Under the pieces are notes generated by a model. It did no database searches and was not told the DNA's origin. It saw only the letters and a program-made list of their open reading frames with translations. From the human T2T-CHM13v2.0 reference genome, Homo sapiens, in NCBI RefSeq assembly GCF_009914755.1, contig NC_060940.1: 64,000 nucleotides of DNA, one strand, 5' to 3'. Numbering within the stretch: the stretch's first letter is position 1; the number at the start of each line of letters is the position of its first letter. A program made the translations under genes and the position numbers. This document shows positions 12,176 through 27,300 of the stretch, piece by piece.

Positions 12176-15100
12176 ATTCCATGATGATTCTATTTGATTC
12201 AATTAGATGATGTTTCCATTCGAATCCATTCCATGATTATTCCATTGGAATCCATTCGGCGATGATTCCATATGAGTCAATTCAATGATGATTCCATATG
12301 GGTCCGTTCGATGATAATTCCATTTGATTTCATTCGATGCTTCTATTCTATTCCAGTCGATGATGATTCCGTTGGAGTCCATACGATGATTCCATTTGAT
12401 TTCATTTGATGATGATTCCATTCGATGATGATTACATTGGATTCCATTCTATGATTCCATTCAATTCCATTCGTTGATGATTCGATTCCATTCAATGATG
12501 ATTCCATTTGAGTTCATTCGATGATTCTATTCGATTCCGTTCGATGGTGATTCAATTCTATTATATTGGATGATTCCACTCGATTCCATTTGATGATTAT
12601 TCCATTGGAGTCCACTTAGTGAATCCTTTAGATTCTACTCGACGATGATTCCATTCGAGTCCATTCGATGATACCATTCAATTCCATTCGTTGATGCTTC
12701 CATTCAAGTGCATTCGATGATATCATTCGATTCCATTTGATGATAATTCCATTTGATTCCATGTGATGATTCTATTCGATTCCATTCAATGATAATTCCA
12801 TTCAATTCAGTGATTCCTCTGGACTCCATTTGATGATGATTCCATTCAATGATTCCATTCGATTCTATTCGAAAATGATTCCATTTGAATCCATTTGATG
12901 ATGATTCCATTAGATTCCATTTGATGATTCCATTCGATTCCATTCGACGATGATTCCATTCGATTCCGTTTGATGATTCCATTCTATTCTATTCGATGAT
13001 GATTCCATTCGATCCCATTCGATGATGATTGGATTCGATTCCATTTGATGATTTCATTTGATTCCATTCGTTAATGATTTCGATCAATTCCATTCGATGA
13101 TTCCATTCGATTCCATTCGATAATGATTACATCCGAGTCCATTCGATGATTCCCTTTGAGCCTGTTCGATAATTCCATTTGAGTCCAACCAATGATTCCA
13201 TTCATTTCCATTCAATGATTCCATTCGAGTCCATTTGATCATTCCGGTAGGGTCCATTCGATGTTGATTCCATTGGAGTGCATTCGATGATTCCATTCGA
13301 GTCCATTTTAGGATTTGATTCGAGTCCTTTCGATGATTCCATTCGATTCCACTCGATGATGATTTCATTCGAGTCCATTCGACACTTCCAATCGATTCCA
13401 TTTGATGATTCCATTCGAGTCCAATTGATGATTCCATTCAATTCCATTCGATGATGATTCCGTACGATTCCATTCTGTGATGATTCCATGTGATTGCATT
13501 CAATGATGATTCCTTTCGATTGCATTCGATTATGATTCATTTCGTGTTCATTCTATGGTTCCACAGGTTTCCATTCGTGTCCATTCCATTATTCCATTCT
13601 ATTCCATTTGATGATGATTCCATTCGATTCCATTCATTGGTGATTCCACTCAATTCCATTCAATGATTCCATTCCATTTCTTTCAACAATGATTCCATTA
13701 GTTTCTAATCGATGATCCACTTGATTCCATTTGACGACGATTCCATTCTTGTCCATTCGATGATTCCATTTGATTCCATATGATGATGATTCCATTCGAT
13801 TCCATACCATGATGATTCCATTCGAGTCCATTCAATGGTGATTCCATTCAATTCCATTCGATGATTCCTTTCGATTCCATTCGATGATGATGGCATTCGA
13901 TTCCTTTCAATCATTCCCTTTGATTCCATTCAAAGGTGATTTCATTCAAGTCCATTCGATAATTGCATTCGATTCCATTCTATGATGATTCCATTCGAGT
14001 CCATTTGATGATTCCATTCAATTCAAGTCAATGATGATTCCATTCGATTCCATTCGATGATTCCATTGGATTCCATTCGATGATGATTCCATTCAAATCC
14101 ATTCGATAATTCAATTCAAGTCCATTCGATGATGATTCCAATCGAATCCATTCAAAGATTCCATTCAGTTCCATTCGATGATTCCCTTAGATTCCATTCG
14201 ATGATTCCACTTGATTGCATTTACGATGATTCCATTCGATTCCATGTGATGATTCCATTCAATTCTATTCAATGATGTCTCCATTTGATTCCATTCGACC
14301 ATGATTGCCTTTGATTCCATTCAATGATTCCAATCGGTTCCGTTTGATGATGATTCCGTTCGATTCCATTTGATGATTCCATTTGATTCCATTGGATGAG
14401 TCCATTCGATTACATTCGATGATTATTCCATTCGAGTGCATTAGATGATTCCATTCGAGTCCATTCGATGATTCCATTCGATTCCATTCGATGTTGATTC
14501 TGTTCAAATCCATTCGATGATTCCACTCGATTCCATTCGTTGACTCCATTTGATCCCATTCGATGATTTCCTTTGATTCCCTTTGATGATCATTCCATTT
14601 GATTCAATTCGGTGATTTCATTTGATTCCATTCAGTGATGTTTCCATTCGACTCCATTCGATGATGATTCCATTCGACTCCATTCGATTATGATTTCATT
14701 CAATTCCATTCGATAATGATTCCCTTCGGGTCCATTCGATGATTCCATTCGATTCCATTCAACGATGATTTGATTCGTGTCCATTCGATGATTCCATTTG
14801 ATTCCACTTGATGATGATTCCATTCGAGTCCATTTGATGATTCCATTCAATTCCATACTCCGATGATTTCTTTTGAGCCCACTCAATGCTTCCACTCGAT
14901 TCCATATGATGATGACTCCATTCGATGAAATTCGATGATGATTCCATTCGCTTGCTTTCGATGATGATTCCACTTGAGTCCGTTAGAAGTTTCTATTCAA
15001 TTACATTCCATGACGATTCCGTTCGAGTCCATTTGATGATTCCATTAGACTCCATTCGACGATGATTCCATTCGATGTTATTCCATGATTCCATTCGATC

Positions 15101-18100
15101 TCATTCGATGATGATTCCATTCAACTCCATTCGATGTTTCCATTCGAGTTCATTCTATTATTCCATTAGATTCCATTCGATGATGATTCCATTCGATTCC
15201 ATTTGATGATTGCATTCTATTTCATTTGATGATGATTCCATTCGAGTCCACTCGATGATTCCATTCGAGTCCATTTAATGAATCCATTGGTTTCAATTCT
15301 ATGATGATTACATTGGATTCCATTCGTTGATGATTTCATTCGGTTCCATTCAATGATGATTCCATTCAATTCCTTTCAATGTTTCCATTCAATTCCATAC
15401 GATGATGATTCCATTTGATTTGATTCGACAGTGAGCCATTCGATTCAATCCCATGATGATTCTATTTGATTCAATTGGTTGACATTTCCATTCGATTCCA
15501 TTCGATGATGATTCCCTTTGATTCCGTTCAAAGATGATTCCATTCTAGCCCATTCAATCATTCCATTCGATTCTATTCAATGATGATTCCATTCATGTGG
15601 ATTTGGTGATTCCATTTGACTTCATTTGATGATGATTCCTTTCAAGTTCATTAGATGATTCCATTCGATTCCATTTGATGATGATCCCATTCGAGTCCAT
15701 TCAGTGATTCCATTCGTTTCCATTCCATGATGATTCCATTCCTTTCCATTCAATGATTCCATTCGATTCCGTTTGATGATGATTTCATTCGAGTCCATTT
15801 GATGATTCCATTTGATTCCATTCGATGATGATTCCATTCGAGTCCATTCGATGATTCTATTCGAATCCATTTGATGATTTCTTTTGATTATATTTGGTGA
15901 TGATTCCATTGGAGTCCATTCAATGATTCCATTCTATTCCAATCGATGATGATTCCATTAGAGTCCATTTAATGATTCCATTTGATTCCAGTCTCTGATG
16001 ATTACATTCGAGTCCATACGATGATTCCACTCAATTCCATATGATGATGATTCCATTTGATTCCATTCGGTGATTCCGTTCTATTCTATTCAATGGTGAT
16101 TCCATTCGAGTACATTAGATGATTCCATTCGATTCCATTCAATGATGATTCTATTTGTGTCCCTTAGATGATTCCACATGATTCCATTAGATGATGATAC
16201 TATTTGAGCCCATCCAATGATTCCCTTCGATTCCATTCGATGAGGATTCCATTCGATTCAATTCATTGGTGATTCTATTCAATTCAATTCTTTGATTCCA
16301 TTCCATTCCATTCGACAATGATTCCATTCGATTTCTTTCGATGATTCCACTCGATTCCACTTGACATTGATTCCATTCGATTCCATTCAATGATTCCATT
16401 TGATTCCAGTGGATGATGATTGCCATCGATTCCATTCGATCACTCCATTCTATTCCATTTGATGATGATTACATTCGATTCCATTTGATGATTCCATCTG
16501 ATTCTATTCGAGGATTCCATTTGATTCCATTCGATGATGATTCCATTCGAGTCCATTCGATGATTTCATTCGAGTACATCCAATGATTCCATTCGAGTCC
16601 ATTAGATGATTCCATTTGATTCCATTTGAAAATGATTCTACTAGAGTCCATTCAATGACTCCATTCGAGTCCATTCAACAATTCCATTCGACTCCATTCG
16701 ATGATTCCATTCGATTCCATTTGATGGTTCCATTCGAGTCCATTTAATCATTACAGTCGAGTCCATTTGGTGATTCCACTGTTATTCTTTTGATAATGAT
16801 ACCATTCAATTACATTTGATGATGATCCCATTCAATTTCATTTGATGATGATTCCATTAGAGTCCATTCGATGATTTCATTCGAGTCCCTTCATTGATTC
16901 CATCCGATTTCATTGGATGATGACTCCATTCGAGTCCATTCGATGATTCCACTCGATTCCATTAGATGACTCCATTGGAGTCCATTTGATTGTTCCATTC
17001 GATTCCATTCGATTCCTTTCGAAGATTATTCCATTTGAGTCCATTCGATGATGATTCCATTCCATTCCATTCGATGATTCCGTTTGATTCCATTCGATGA
17101 TTCCCTTCGATTCCTTTCTTTGATGATTCCATTCCATTCCATTCAATGATTCCATTCGAATCTATTCCATGATGATTCCTTTCGATTCCATTCGCTGATG
17201 TTTCCGTTCAATTCCATTCGATGATGATTCCATTCGATTCCATTCATTGAGGATTCCATTTGATTCCATTCAATGATGATTCCATTCTATTCCATTCAAT
17301 GATTGCATTCAATTCCATTCAATGATTATCCCCTTAGAGTAAACTCAACGATTCCATTCAATACCATTCGATGATGATTCCTTTTGAGTCCATTCAATGA
17401 TTTCATTCAAGTCCATTTGATGATTCCTTTCAATTCCATTCTATGATGATTCCATTCGAGTCCATTCGATGATTCCATTCGATTGCATTCGATGATTCCA
17501 TTATATTCCATTCAACGGTGATTCCATTCGAGTCCATTCCATGATTCCATTAGAGTACATTTAATGATTGCTTTGTTTTCAATTCGAAGATGATTACATT
17601 GGATTCCATTCTATGATACCATTCGATTCCATTCAATGATGATTCCACTCAAATCCATTGGATGATTCCATTCGTGTCCATTCGGTGATTTCATTAGATT
17701 CCATTCGAGGATGATTCCATTCGATTCCATTCGATGATTCCATTCAATTCCATTCTATGATGATTCCATTCCAGTCCATATGATCATTCCATTTGATTTC
17801 ATTCGATGATGATTCCATTCAATTCGATTCGACGATTCCATTCTATTCCATTCGATGATGATTCCATTCGAGTCCATTCGATGATTCCATTCGAGTCCAT
17901 TTAATGATTCCATTGGGTTCAATTCAATGATGATTACATTGGATTCCGTTCTATGATTCCATTCAATTCCGTTCATTGACAATTTGATTCCATTCGATGA
18001 TGATTCCATTTGAGTTCATTCGATGATTCTATTCGATTCTCTTCGATGGTGATTCAATTCTATTATATTGGATGATTCCATTCGATTCCATTTGATGTTG

Positions 18101-18287
18101 ATTCAATTCGATTCTATTCGATGATGATTCCATTGGATTTCACTTGATGATTCTATTCGATTCCATTCAATGATGATTCACTTCTCGTCCATTGGATGAT
18201 TCCATTTCATTCCATTCGATGATGATTCCATTCGATTCCATTCGATGATTCCATTTGATTCCATGCGACGGTGAGCAATTCGATTCA
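12176..18287 (+). repeat. Long higher-order unit U3 (6112 bp)
   Basis: Anchor at 12176 and 18288; ORF anchors 12704 and 18816. Confidence 0.93.
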
Positions 18288-21200
18288 ATTCCATGATGAT
18301 TCTATTTGATTCAATTAGATGATGTTTCCATTCGAATCCATTCCATGATTATTCCATTGGAATCCATTCGGCGATGATTCCATATGAGTCAATTCAATGA
18401 TGATTCCATATGGGTCCGTTCGATGATAATTCCATTTGATTTCATTCGATGCTTCTATTCTATTCCAGTCGATGATGATTCCGTTGGAGTCCATACGATG
18501 ATTCCATTTGATTTCATTTGATGATGATTCCATTCGATGATGATTACATTGGATTCCATTCTATGATTCCATTCAATTCCATTCGTTGATGATTCGATTC
18601 CATTCAATGATGATTCCATTTGAGTTCATTCGATGATTCTATTCGATTCCGTTCGATGGTGATTCAATTCTATTATATTGGATGATTCCACTCGATTCCA
18701 TTTGATGATTATTCCATTGGAGTCCACTTAGTGAATCCTTTAGATTCTACTCGACGATGATTCCATTCGAGTCCATTCGATGATACCATTCAATTCCATT
18801 CGTTGATGCTTCCATTCAAGTGCATTCGATGATATCATTCGATTCCATTTGATGATAATTCCATTTGATTCCATGCGATGATTCTATTCGATTCCATTCA
18901 ATGATAATTCCATTCAATTCAGTGATTCCTCTGGACTCCATTTGATGATGATTCCATTCAATGATTCCATTCGATTCTATTCGAAAATGATTCCATTTGA
19001 ATCCATTTGATGATGATTCCATTAGATTCCATTTGATGATTCCATTCGATTCCATTCGACGATGATTCCATTCGATTCCGTTTGATGATTCCATTCTATT
19101 CTATTCGATGATGATTCCATTCGATCCCATTCGATGATGATTGGATTCGATTCCATTTGATGATTTCATTTGATTCCATTCGTTAATGATTTCGATCAAT
19201 TCCATTCGATGATTCCATTCGATTCCATTCGATAATGATTACATCCGAGTCCATTCGATGATTCCCTTTGAGCCTGTTCGATAATTCCATTTGAGTCCAA
19301 CCAATGATTCCATTCATTTCCATTCAATGATTCCATTCGAGTCCATTTGATCATTCCGGTAGGGTCCATTCGATGTTGATTCCATTGGAGTGCATTCGAT
19401 GATTCCATTCGAGTCCATTTTAGGATTTGATTCGAGTCCTTTCGATGATTCCATTCGATTCCACTCGATGATGATTTCATTCGAGTCCATTCGACACTTC
19501 CAATCGATTCCATTTGATGATTCCATTCGAGTCCAATTGATGATTCCATTCAATTCCATTCGATGATGATTCCGTACGATTCCATTCTGTGATGATTCCA
19601 TGTGATTGCATTCAATGATGATTCCTTTCGATTGCATTCGATTATGATTCATTTCGTGTTCATTCTATGGTTCCACAGGTTTCCATTCGTGTCCATTCCA
19701 TTATTCCATTCTATTCCATTTGATGATGATTCCATTCGATTCCATTCATTGGTGATTCCACTCAATTCCATTCAATGATTCCATTCCATTTCTTTCAACA
19801 ATGATTCCATTAGTTTCTAATCGATGATCCACTTGATTCCATTTGACGACGATTCCATTCTTGTCCATTCGATGATTCCATTTGATTCCATATGATGATG
19901 ATTCCATTCGATTCCATACCATGATGATTCCATTCGAGTCCATTCAATGGTGATTCCATTCAATTCCATTCGATGATTCCTTTTGATTCCATTCGATGAT
20001 GATGGCATTCGATTCCTTTCAATCATTCCCTTTGATTCCATTCAAAGGTGATTTCATTCAAGTCCATTCGATAATTGCATTCGATTCCATTCTATGATGA
20101 TTCCATTCGAGTCCATTTGATGATTCCATTCAATTCAAGTCAATGATGATTCCATTCGATTCCATTCGATGATTCCATTGGATTCCATTCGATGATGATT
20201 CCATTCAAATCCATTCGATAATTCAATTCAAGTCCATTCGATGATGATTCCAATCGAATCCATTCAAAGATTCCATTCAGTTCCATTCGATGATTCCCTT
20301 AGATTCCATTCGATGATTCCACTTGATTGCATTTACGATGATTCCATTCGATTCCATGTGATGATTCCATTCAATTCTATTCAATGATGTCTCCATTTGA
20401 TTCCATTCGACCATGATTGCCTTTGATTCCATTCAATGATTCCATTCGGTTCCGTTTGATGATGATTCCGTTCGATTCCATTTGATGATTCCATTTGATT
20501 CCATTGGATGAGTCCATTCGATTACATTCGATGATTATTCCATTCGAGTGCATTAGATGATTCCATTCGAGTCCATTCGATGATTCCATTCGATTCCATT
20601 CGATGTTGATTCTGTTCAAATCCATTCGATGATTCCACTCGATTCCATTCGTTGACTCCATTTGATCCCATTCGATGATTTCCTTTGATTCCCTTTGATG
20701 ATCATTCCATTTGATTCAATTCGGTGATTTCATTTGATTCCATTCAGTGATGTTTCCATTCGACTCCATTCGATGATGATTCCATTCGACTCCATTCGAT
20801 TATGATTTCATTCAATTCCATTCGATAATGATTCCCTTCGAGTCCATTCGATGATTCCATTCGATTCCATTCAACGATGATTTGATTCGTGTCCATTCGA
20901 TGATTCCATTTGATTCCACTTGATGATGATTCCATTCGAGTCCATTTGATGATTCCATTCAATTCCATACTCCGATGATTTCTTTTGAGCCCACTCAATG
21001 CTTCCACTCGATTCCATATGATGATGACTCCATTCGATGAAATTCGATGATGATTCCATTCGCTTGCTTTCGATGATGATTCCACTTGAGTCCGTTAGAA
21101 GTTTCTATTCAATTACATTCCATGACGATTCCGTTCGAGTCCATTTGATGATTCCATTAGACTCCATTCGACGATGATTCCATTCGATGTTATTCCATGA

Positions 21201-24200
21201 TTCCATTCGATCTCATTCGATGATGATTCCATTCAACTCCATTCGATGTTTCCATTCGAGTTCATTCTATTATTCCATTAGATTCCATTCGATGATGATT
21301 CCATTCGATTCCATTTGATGATTGCATTCTATTTCATTTGATGATGATTCCATTCGAGTCCACTCGATGATTCCATTCGAGTCCATTTAATGAATCCATT
21401 GGTTTCAATTCTATGATGATTACATTGGATTCCATTCGTTGATGATTTCATTCGGTTCCATTCAATGATGATTCCATTCAATTCCTTTCAATGTTTCCAT
21501 TCAATTCCATACGATGATGATTCCATTTGATTTGATTCGACAGTGAGCCATTCGATTCAATCCCATGATGATTCTATTTGATTCAATTGGTTGACATTTC
21601 CATTCGATTCCATTCGATGATGATTCCCTTTGATTCCGTTCAAAGATGATTCCATTCTAGCCCATTCAATCATTCCATTCGATTCTATTCAATGATGATT
21701 CCATTCATGTCGATTTGGTGATTCCATTTGACTTCATTTGATGATGATTCCTTTCAAGTTCATTAGATGATTCCATTCGATTCCATTTGATGATGATCCC
21801 ATTCGAGTCCATTCAGTGATTCCATTCGTTTCCATTCCATGATGATTCCATTCCTTTCCATTCAATGATTCCATTCGATTCCGTTTGATGATGATTTCAT
21901 TCGAGTCCATTTGATGATTCCATTTGATTCCATTCGATGATGATTCCATTCGAGTCCATTCGATGATTCTATTCGAATCCATTTGATGATTTCTTTTGAT
22001 TATATTTGGTGATGATTCCATTGGAGTCCATTCAATGATTCCATTCTATTCCAATCGATGATGATTCCATTAGAGTCCATTTAATGATTCCATTTGATTC
22101 CAGTCTCTGATGATTACATTCGAGTCCATACGATGATTCCACTCAATTCCATATGATGATGATTCCATTTGATTCCATTCGGTGATTCCGTTCTATTCTA
22201 TTCAATGGTGATTCCATTCGAGTACATTAGATGATTCCATTCGATTCCATTCAATGATGATTCTATTTGTGTCCCTTAGATGATTCCACATGATTCCATT
22301 AGATGATGATACTATTTGAGCCCATCCAATGATTCCCTTCGATTCCATTCGATGAGGATTCCATTCGATTCAATTCATTGGTGATTCTATTCAATTCAAT
22401 TCTTTGATTCCATTCCATTCCATTCGACAATGATTCCATTCGATTTCTTTCGATGATTCCACTCGATTCCACTTGACATTGATTCCATTCGATTCCATTC
22501 AATGATTCCATTTGATTCCAGTGGATGATGATTGCCATCGATTCCATTCGATCACTCCATTCTATTCCATTTGATGATGATTACATTCGATTCCATTTGA
22601 TGATTCCATCTGATTCTATTCGAGGATTCCATTTGATTCCATTCGATGATGATTCCATTCGAGTCCATTCGATGATTTCATTCGAGTACATCCAATGATT
22701 CCATTCGAGTCCATTAGATGATTCCATTTGATTCCATTTGAAAATGATTCTACTAGAGTCCATTCAATGACTCCATTCGAGTCCATTCAACAATTCCATT
22801 CGACTCCATTCGATGATTCCATTCGATTCCATTTGATGGTTCCATTCGAGTCCATTTAATCATTACAGTCGAGTCCATTTGGTGATTCCACTGGATTTCT
22901 TTTGATAATGATACCATTCAATTACATTTGATGATGATCCCATTCAATTTCATTTGATGATGATTCCATTAGAGTCCATTCGATGATTTCATTCGAGTCC
23001 CTTCATTGATTCCATCCGATTTCATTGGATGATGACTCCATTCGAGTCCATTCGATGATTCCACTCGATTCCATTAGATGACTCCATTGGAGTCCATTTG
23101 ATTGTTCCATTCGATTCCATTCGATTCCTTTCGAAGATTATTCCATTTGAGTCCATTCGATGATGATTCCATTCCATTCCATTCGATGATTCCGTTTGAT
23201 TCCATTCGATGATTCCCTTCGATTCCTTTCTTTGATGATTCCATTCCATTCCATTCAATGATTCCATTCGAATCTATTCCATGATGATTCCTTTCGATTC
23301 CATTCGCTGATGTTTCCGTTCAATTCCATTCGATGATGATTCCATTCGATTCCATTCATTGAGGATTCCATTTGATTCCATTCAATGATGATTCCATTCT
23401 ATTCCATTCAATGATTGCATTCAATTCCATTCAATGATTATCCCCTTAGAGTAAACTCAACGATTCCATTCAATACCATTCGATGATGATTCCTTTTGAG
23501 TCCATTCAATGATTTCATTCAAGTCCATTTGATGATTCCTTTCAATTCCATTCTATGATGATTCCATTCGAGTCCATTCGATGATTCCATTCGATTGCAT
23601 TCGATGATTCCATTATATTCCAGTCAACGATGATTCCATTCGAGTCCATTCGATGATTCCATTAGAGTACATTTAATGATTGCTTTGTTTTCAATTCGAA
23701 GATGATTACATTGGATTCCATTCTATGATACCATTCGATTCCATTCAATGATGATTCCACTCAAATCCATTGGATGATTCCATTCGTGTCCATTCGGTGA
23801 TTTCATTAGATTCCATTCGAGGATGATTCCATTCGATTCCATTCGATGATTCCATTCAATTCCATTCTATGATGATTCCATTCCAGTCCATATGATCATT
23901 CCATTTGATTTCATTCGATGATGATTCCATTCAATTCGATTCGACGATTCCATTCTATTCCATTCGATGATGATTCCATTCGAGTCCATTCGATGATTCC
24001 ATTCGAGTCCATTTAATGATTCCATTGGGTTCAATTCAATGATGATTACATTGGATTCCGTTCTATGATTCCATTCAATTTCGTTCATTGACAATTTGAT
24101 TCCATTCGATGATGATTCCATTTGAGTTCATTCGATGATTCTATTCGATTCTCTTCGATGGTGATTCAATTCTATTATATTGGATGATTCCATTCGATTC

Positions 24201-24399
24201 CATTTGATGTTGATTCAATTCGATTCTATTCGATGATGATTCCATTGGATTTCACTTGATGATTCTATTCGATTCCATTCAATGATGATTCACTTCTCGT
24301 CCATTGGATGATTCCATTTCATTCCATTCGATGATGATTCCATTCGATTCCATTCGATGATTCCATTTGATTCCATGCGACGGTGAGCAATTCGATTCA
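18288..24399 (+). repeat. Long higher-order unit U4 (6112 bp)
   Basis: Anchor at 18288 and 24400; ORF anchors 18816 and 24928. Confidence 0.93.
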
Positions 24400-27300
24400 A
24401 TTCCATGATGATTCTATTTGATTCAATTAGATGATGTTTCCATTCGAATCCATTCCATGATTATTCCATTGGAATCCATTCGGCGATGATTCCATATGAG
24501 TCAATTCAATGATGATTCCATATGGGTCCGTTCGATGATAATTCCATTTGATTTCATTCGATGCTTCTATTCTATTCCAGTCGATGATGATTCCGTTGGA
24601 GTCCATACGATGATTCCATTTGATTTCATTTGATGATGATTCCATTCGATGATGATTACATTGGATTCCATTCTATGATTCCATTCAATTCCATTCGTTG
24701 ATGATTCGATTCCATTCAATGATGATTCCATTTGAGTTCATTCGATGATTCTATTCGATTCCGTTCGATGGTGATTCAATTCTATTATATTGGATGATTC
24801 CACTCGATTCCATTTGATGATTATTCCATTGGAGTCCACTTAGTGAATCCTTTAGATTCTACTCGACGATGATTCCATTCGAGTCCATTCGATGATACCA
24901 TTCAATTCCATTCGTTGATGCTTCCATTCAAGTGCATTCGATGATATCATTCGATTCCATTTGATGATAATTCCATTTGATTCCATGCGATGATTCTATT
25001 CGATTCCATTCAATGATAATTCCATTCAATTCAGTGATTCCTCTGGACTCCATTTGATGATGATTCCATTCAATGATTCCATTCGATTCTATTCGAAAAT
25101 GATTCCATTTGAATCCATTTGATGATGATTCCATTAGATTCCATTTGATGATTCCATTCGATTCCATTCGACGATGATTCCATTCGATTCCGTTTGATGA
25201 TTCCATTCTATTCTATTCGATGATGATTCCATTCGATTCCATTCGATGATGATTGGATTCGATTCCATTTGATGATTTCATTTGATTCCATTCGTTAATG
25301 ATTTCGATCAATTCCATTCGATGATTCCATTCGATTCCATTCGATAATGATTACATCCGAGTCCATTCGATGATTCCCTTTGAGCCTGTTCGATAATTCC
25401 ATTTGAGTCCAACCAATGATTCCATTCATTTCCATTCAATGATTCCATTCGAGTCCATTTGATCATTCCGGTAGGGTCCATTCGATGTTGATTCCATTGG
25501 AGTGCATTCGATGATTCCATTCGAGTCCATTTTAGGATTTGATTCGAGTCCTTTCGATGATTCCATTCGATTCCACTCGATGATGATTTCATTCGAGTCC
25601 ATTCGACACTTCCAATCGATTCCATTTGATGATTCCATTCGAGTCCAATTGATGATTCCATTCAATTCCATTCGATGATGATTCCGTACGATTCCATTCT
25701 GTGATGATTCCATGTGATTGCATTCAATGATGATTCCTTTCGATTGCATTCGATTATGATTCATTTCGTGTTCATTCTATGGTTCCACAGGTTTCCATTC
25801 GTGTCCATTCCATTATTCCATTCTATTCCATTTGATGATGATTCCATTCGATTCCATTCATTGGTGATTCCACTCAATTCCATTCAATGATTCCATTCCA
25901 TTTCTTTCAACAATGATTCCATTAGTTTCTAATCGATGATCCACTTGATTCCATTTGACGACGATTCCATTCTTGTCCATTCGATGATTCCATTTGATTC
26001 CATATGATGATGATTCCATTCGATTCCATACCATGATGATTCCATTCGAGTCCATTCAATGGTGATTCCATTCAATTCCATTCGATGATTCCTTTTGATT
26101 CCATTCGATGATGATGGCATTCGATTCCTTTCAATCATTCCCTTTGATTCCATTCAAAGGTGATTTCATTCAAGTCCATTCGATAATTGCATTCGATTCC
26201 ATTCTATGATGATTCCATTCGAGTCCATTTGATGATTCCATTCAATTCAAGTCAATGATGATTCCATTCGATTCCATTCGATGATTCCATTGGATTCCAT
26301 TCGATGATGATTCCATTCAAATCCATTCGATAATTCAATTCAAGTCCATTCGATGATGATTCCAATCGAATCCATTCAAAGATTCCATTCAGTTCCATTC
26401 GATGATTCCCTTAGATTCCATTCGATGATTCCACTTGATTGCATTTACGATGATTCCATTCGATTCCATGTGATGATTCCATTCAATTCTATTCAATGAT
26501 GTCTCCATTTGATTCCATTCGACCATGATTGCCTTTGATTCCATTCAATGATTCCATTCGGTTCCGTTTGATGATGATTCCGTTCGATTCCATTTGATGA
26601 TTCCATTTGATTCCATTGGATGAGTCCATTCGATTACATTCGATGATTATTCCATTCGAGTGCATTAGATGATTCCATTCGAGTCCATTCGATGATTCCA
26701 TTCGATTCCATTCGATGTTGATTCTGTTCAAATCCATTCGATGATTCCACTCGATTCCATTCGTTGACTCCATTTGATCCCATTCGATGATTTCCTTTGA
26801 TTCCCTTTGATGATCATTCCATTTGATTCAATTCGGTGATTTCATTTGATTCCATTCAGTGATGTTTCCATTCGACTCCATTCGATGATGATTCCATTCG
26901 ACTCCATTCGATTATGATTTCATTCAATTCCATTCGATAATGATTCCCTTCGAGTCCATTCGATGATTCCATTCGATTCCATTCAACGATGATTTGATTC
27001 GTGTCCATTCGATGATTCCATTTGATTCCACTTGATGATGATTCCATTCGAGTCCATTTGATGATTCCATTCAATTCCATACTCCGATGATTTCTTTTGA
27101 GCCCACTCAATGCTTCCACTCGATTCCATATGATGATGACTCCATTCGATGAAATTCGATGATGATTCCATTCGCTTGCTTTCGATGATGATTCCACTTG
27201 AGTCCGTTAGAAGTTTCTATTCAATTACATTCCATGACGATTCCGTTCGAGTCCATTTGATGATTCCATTAGACTCCATTCGACGATGATTCCATTCGAT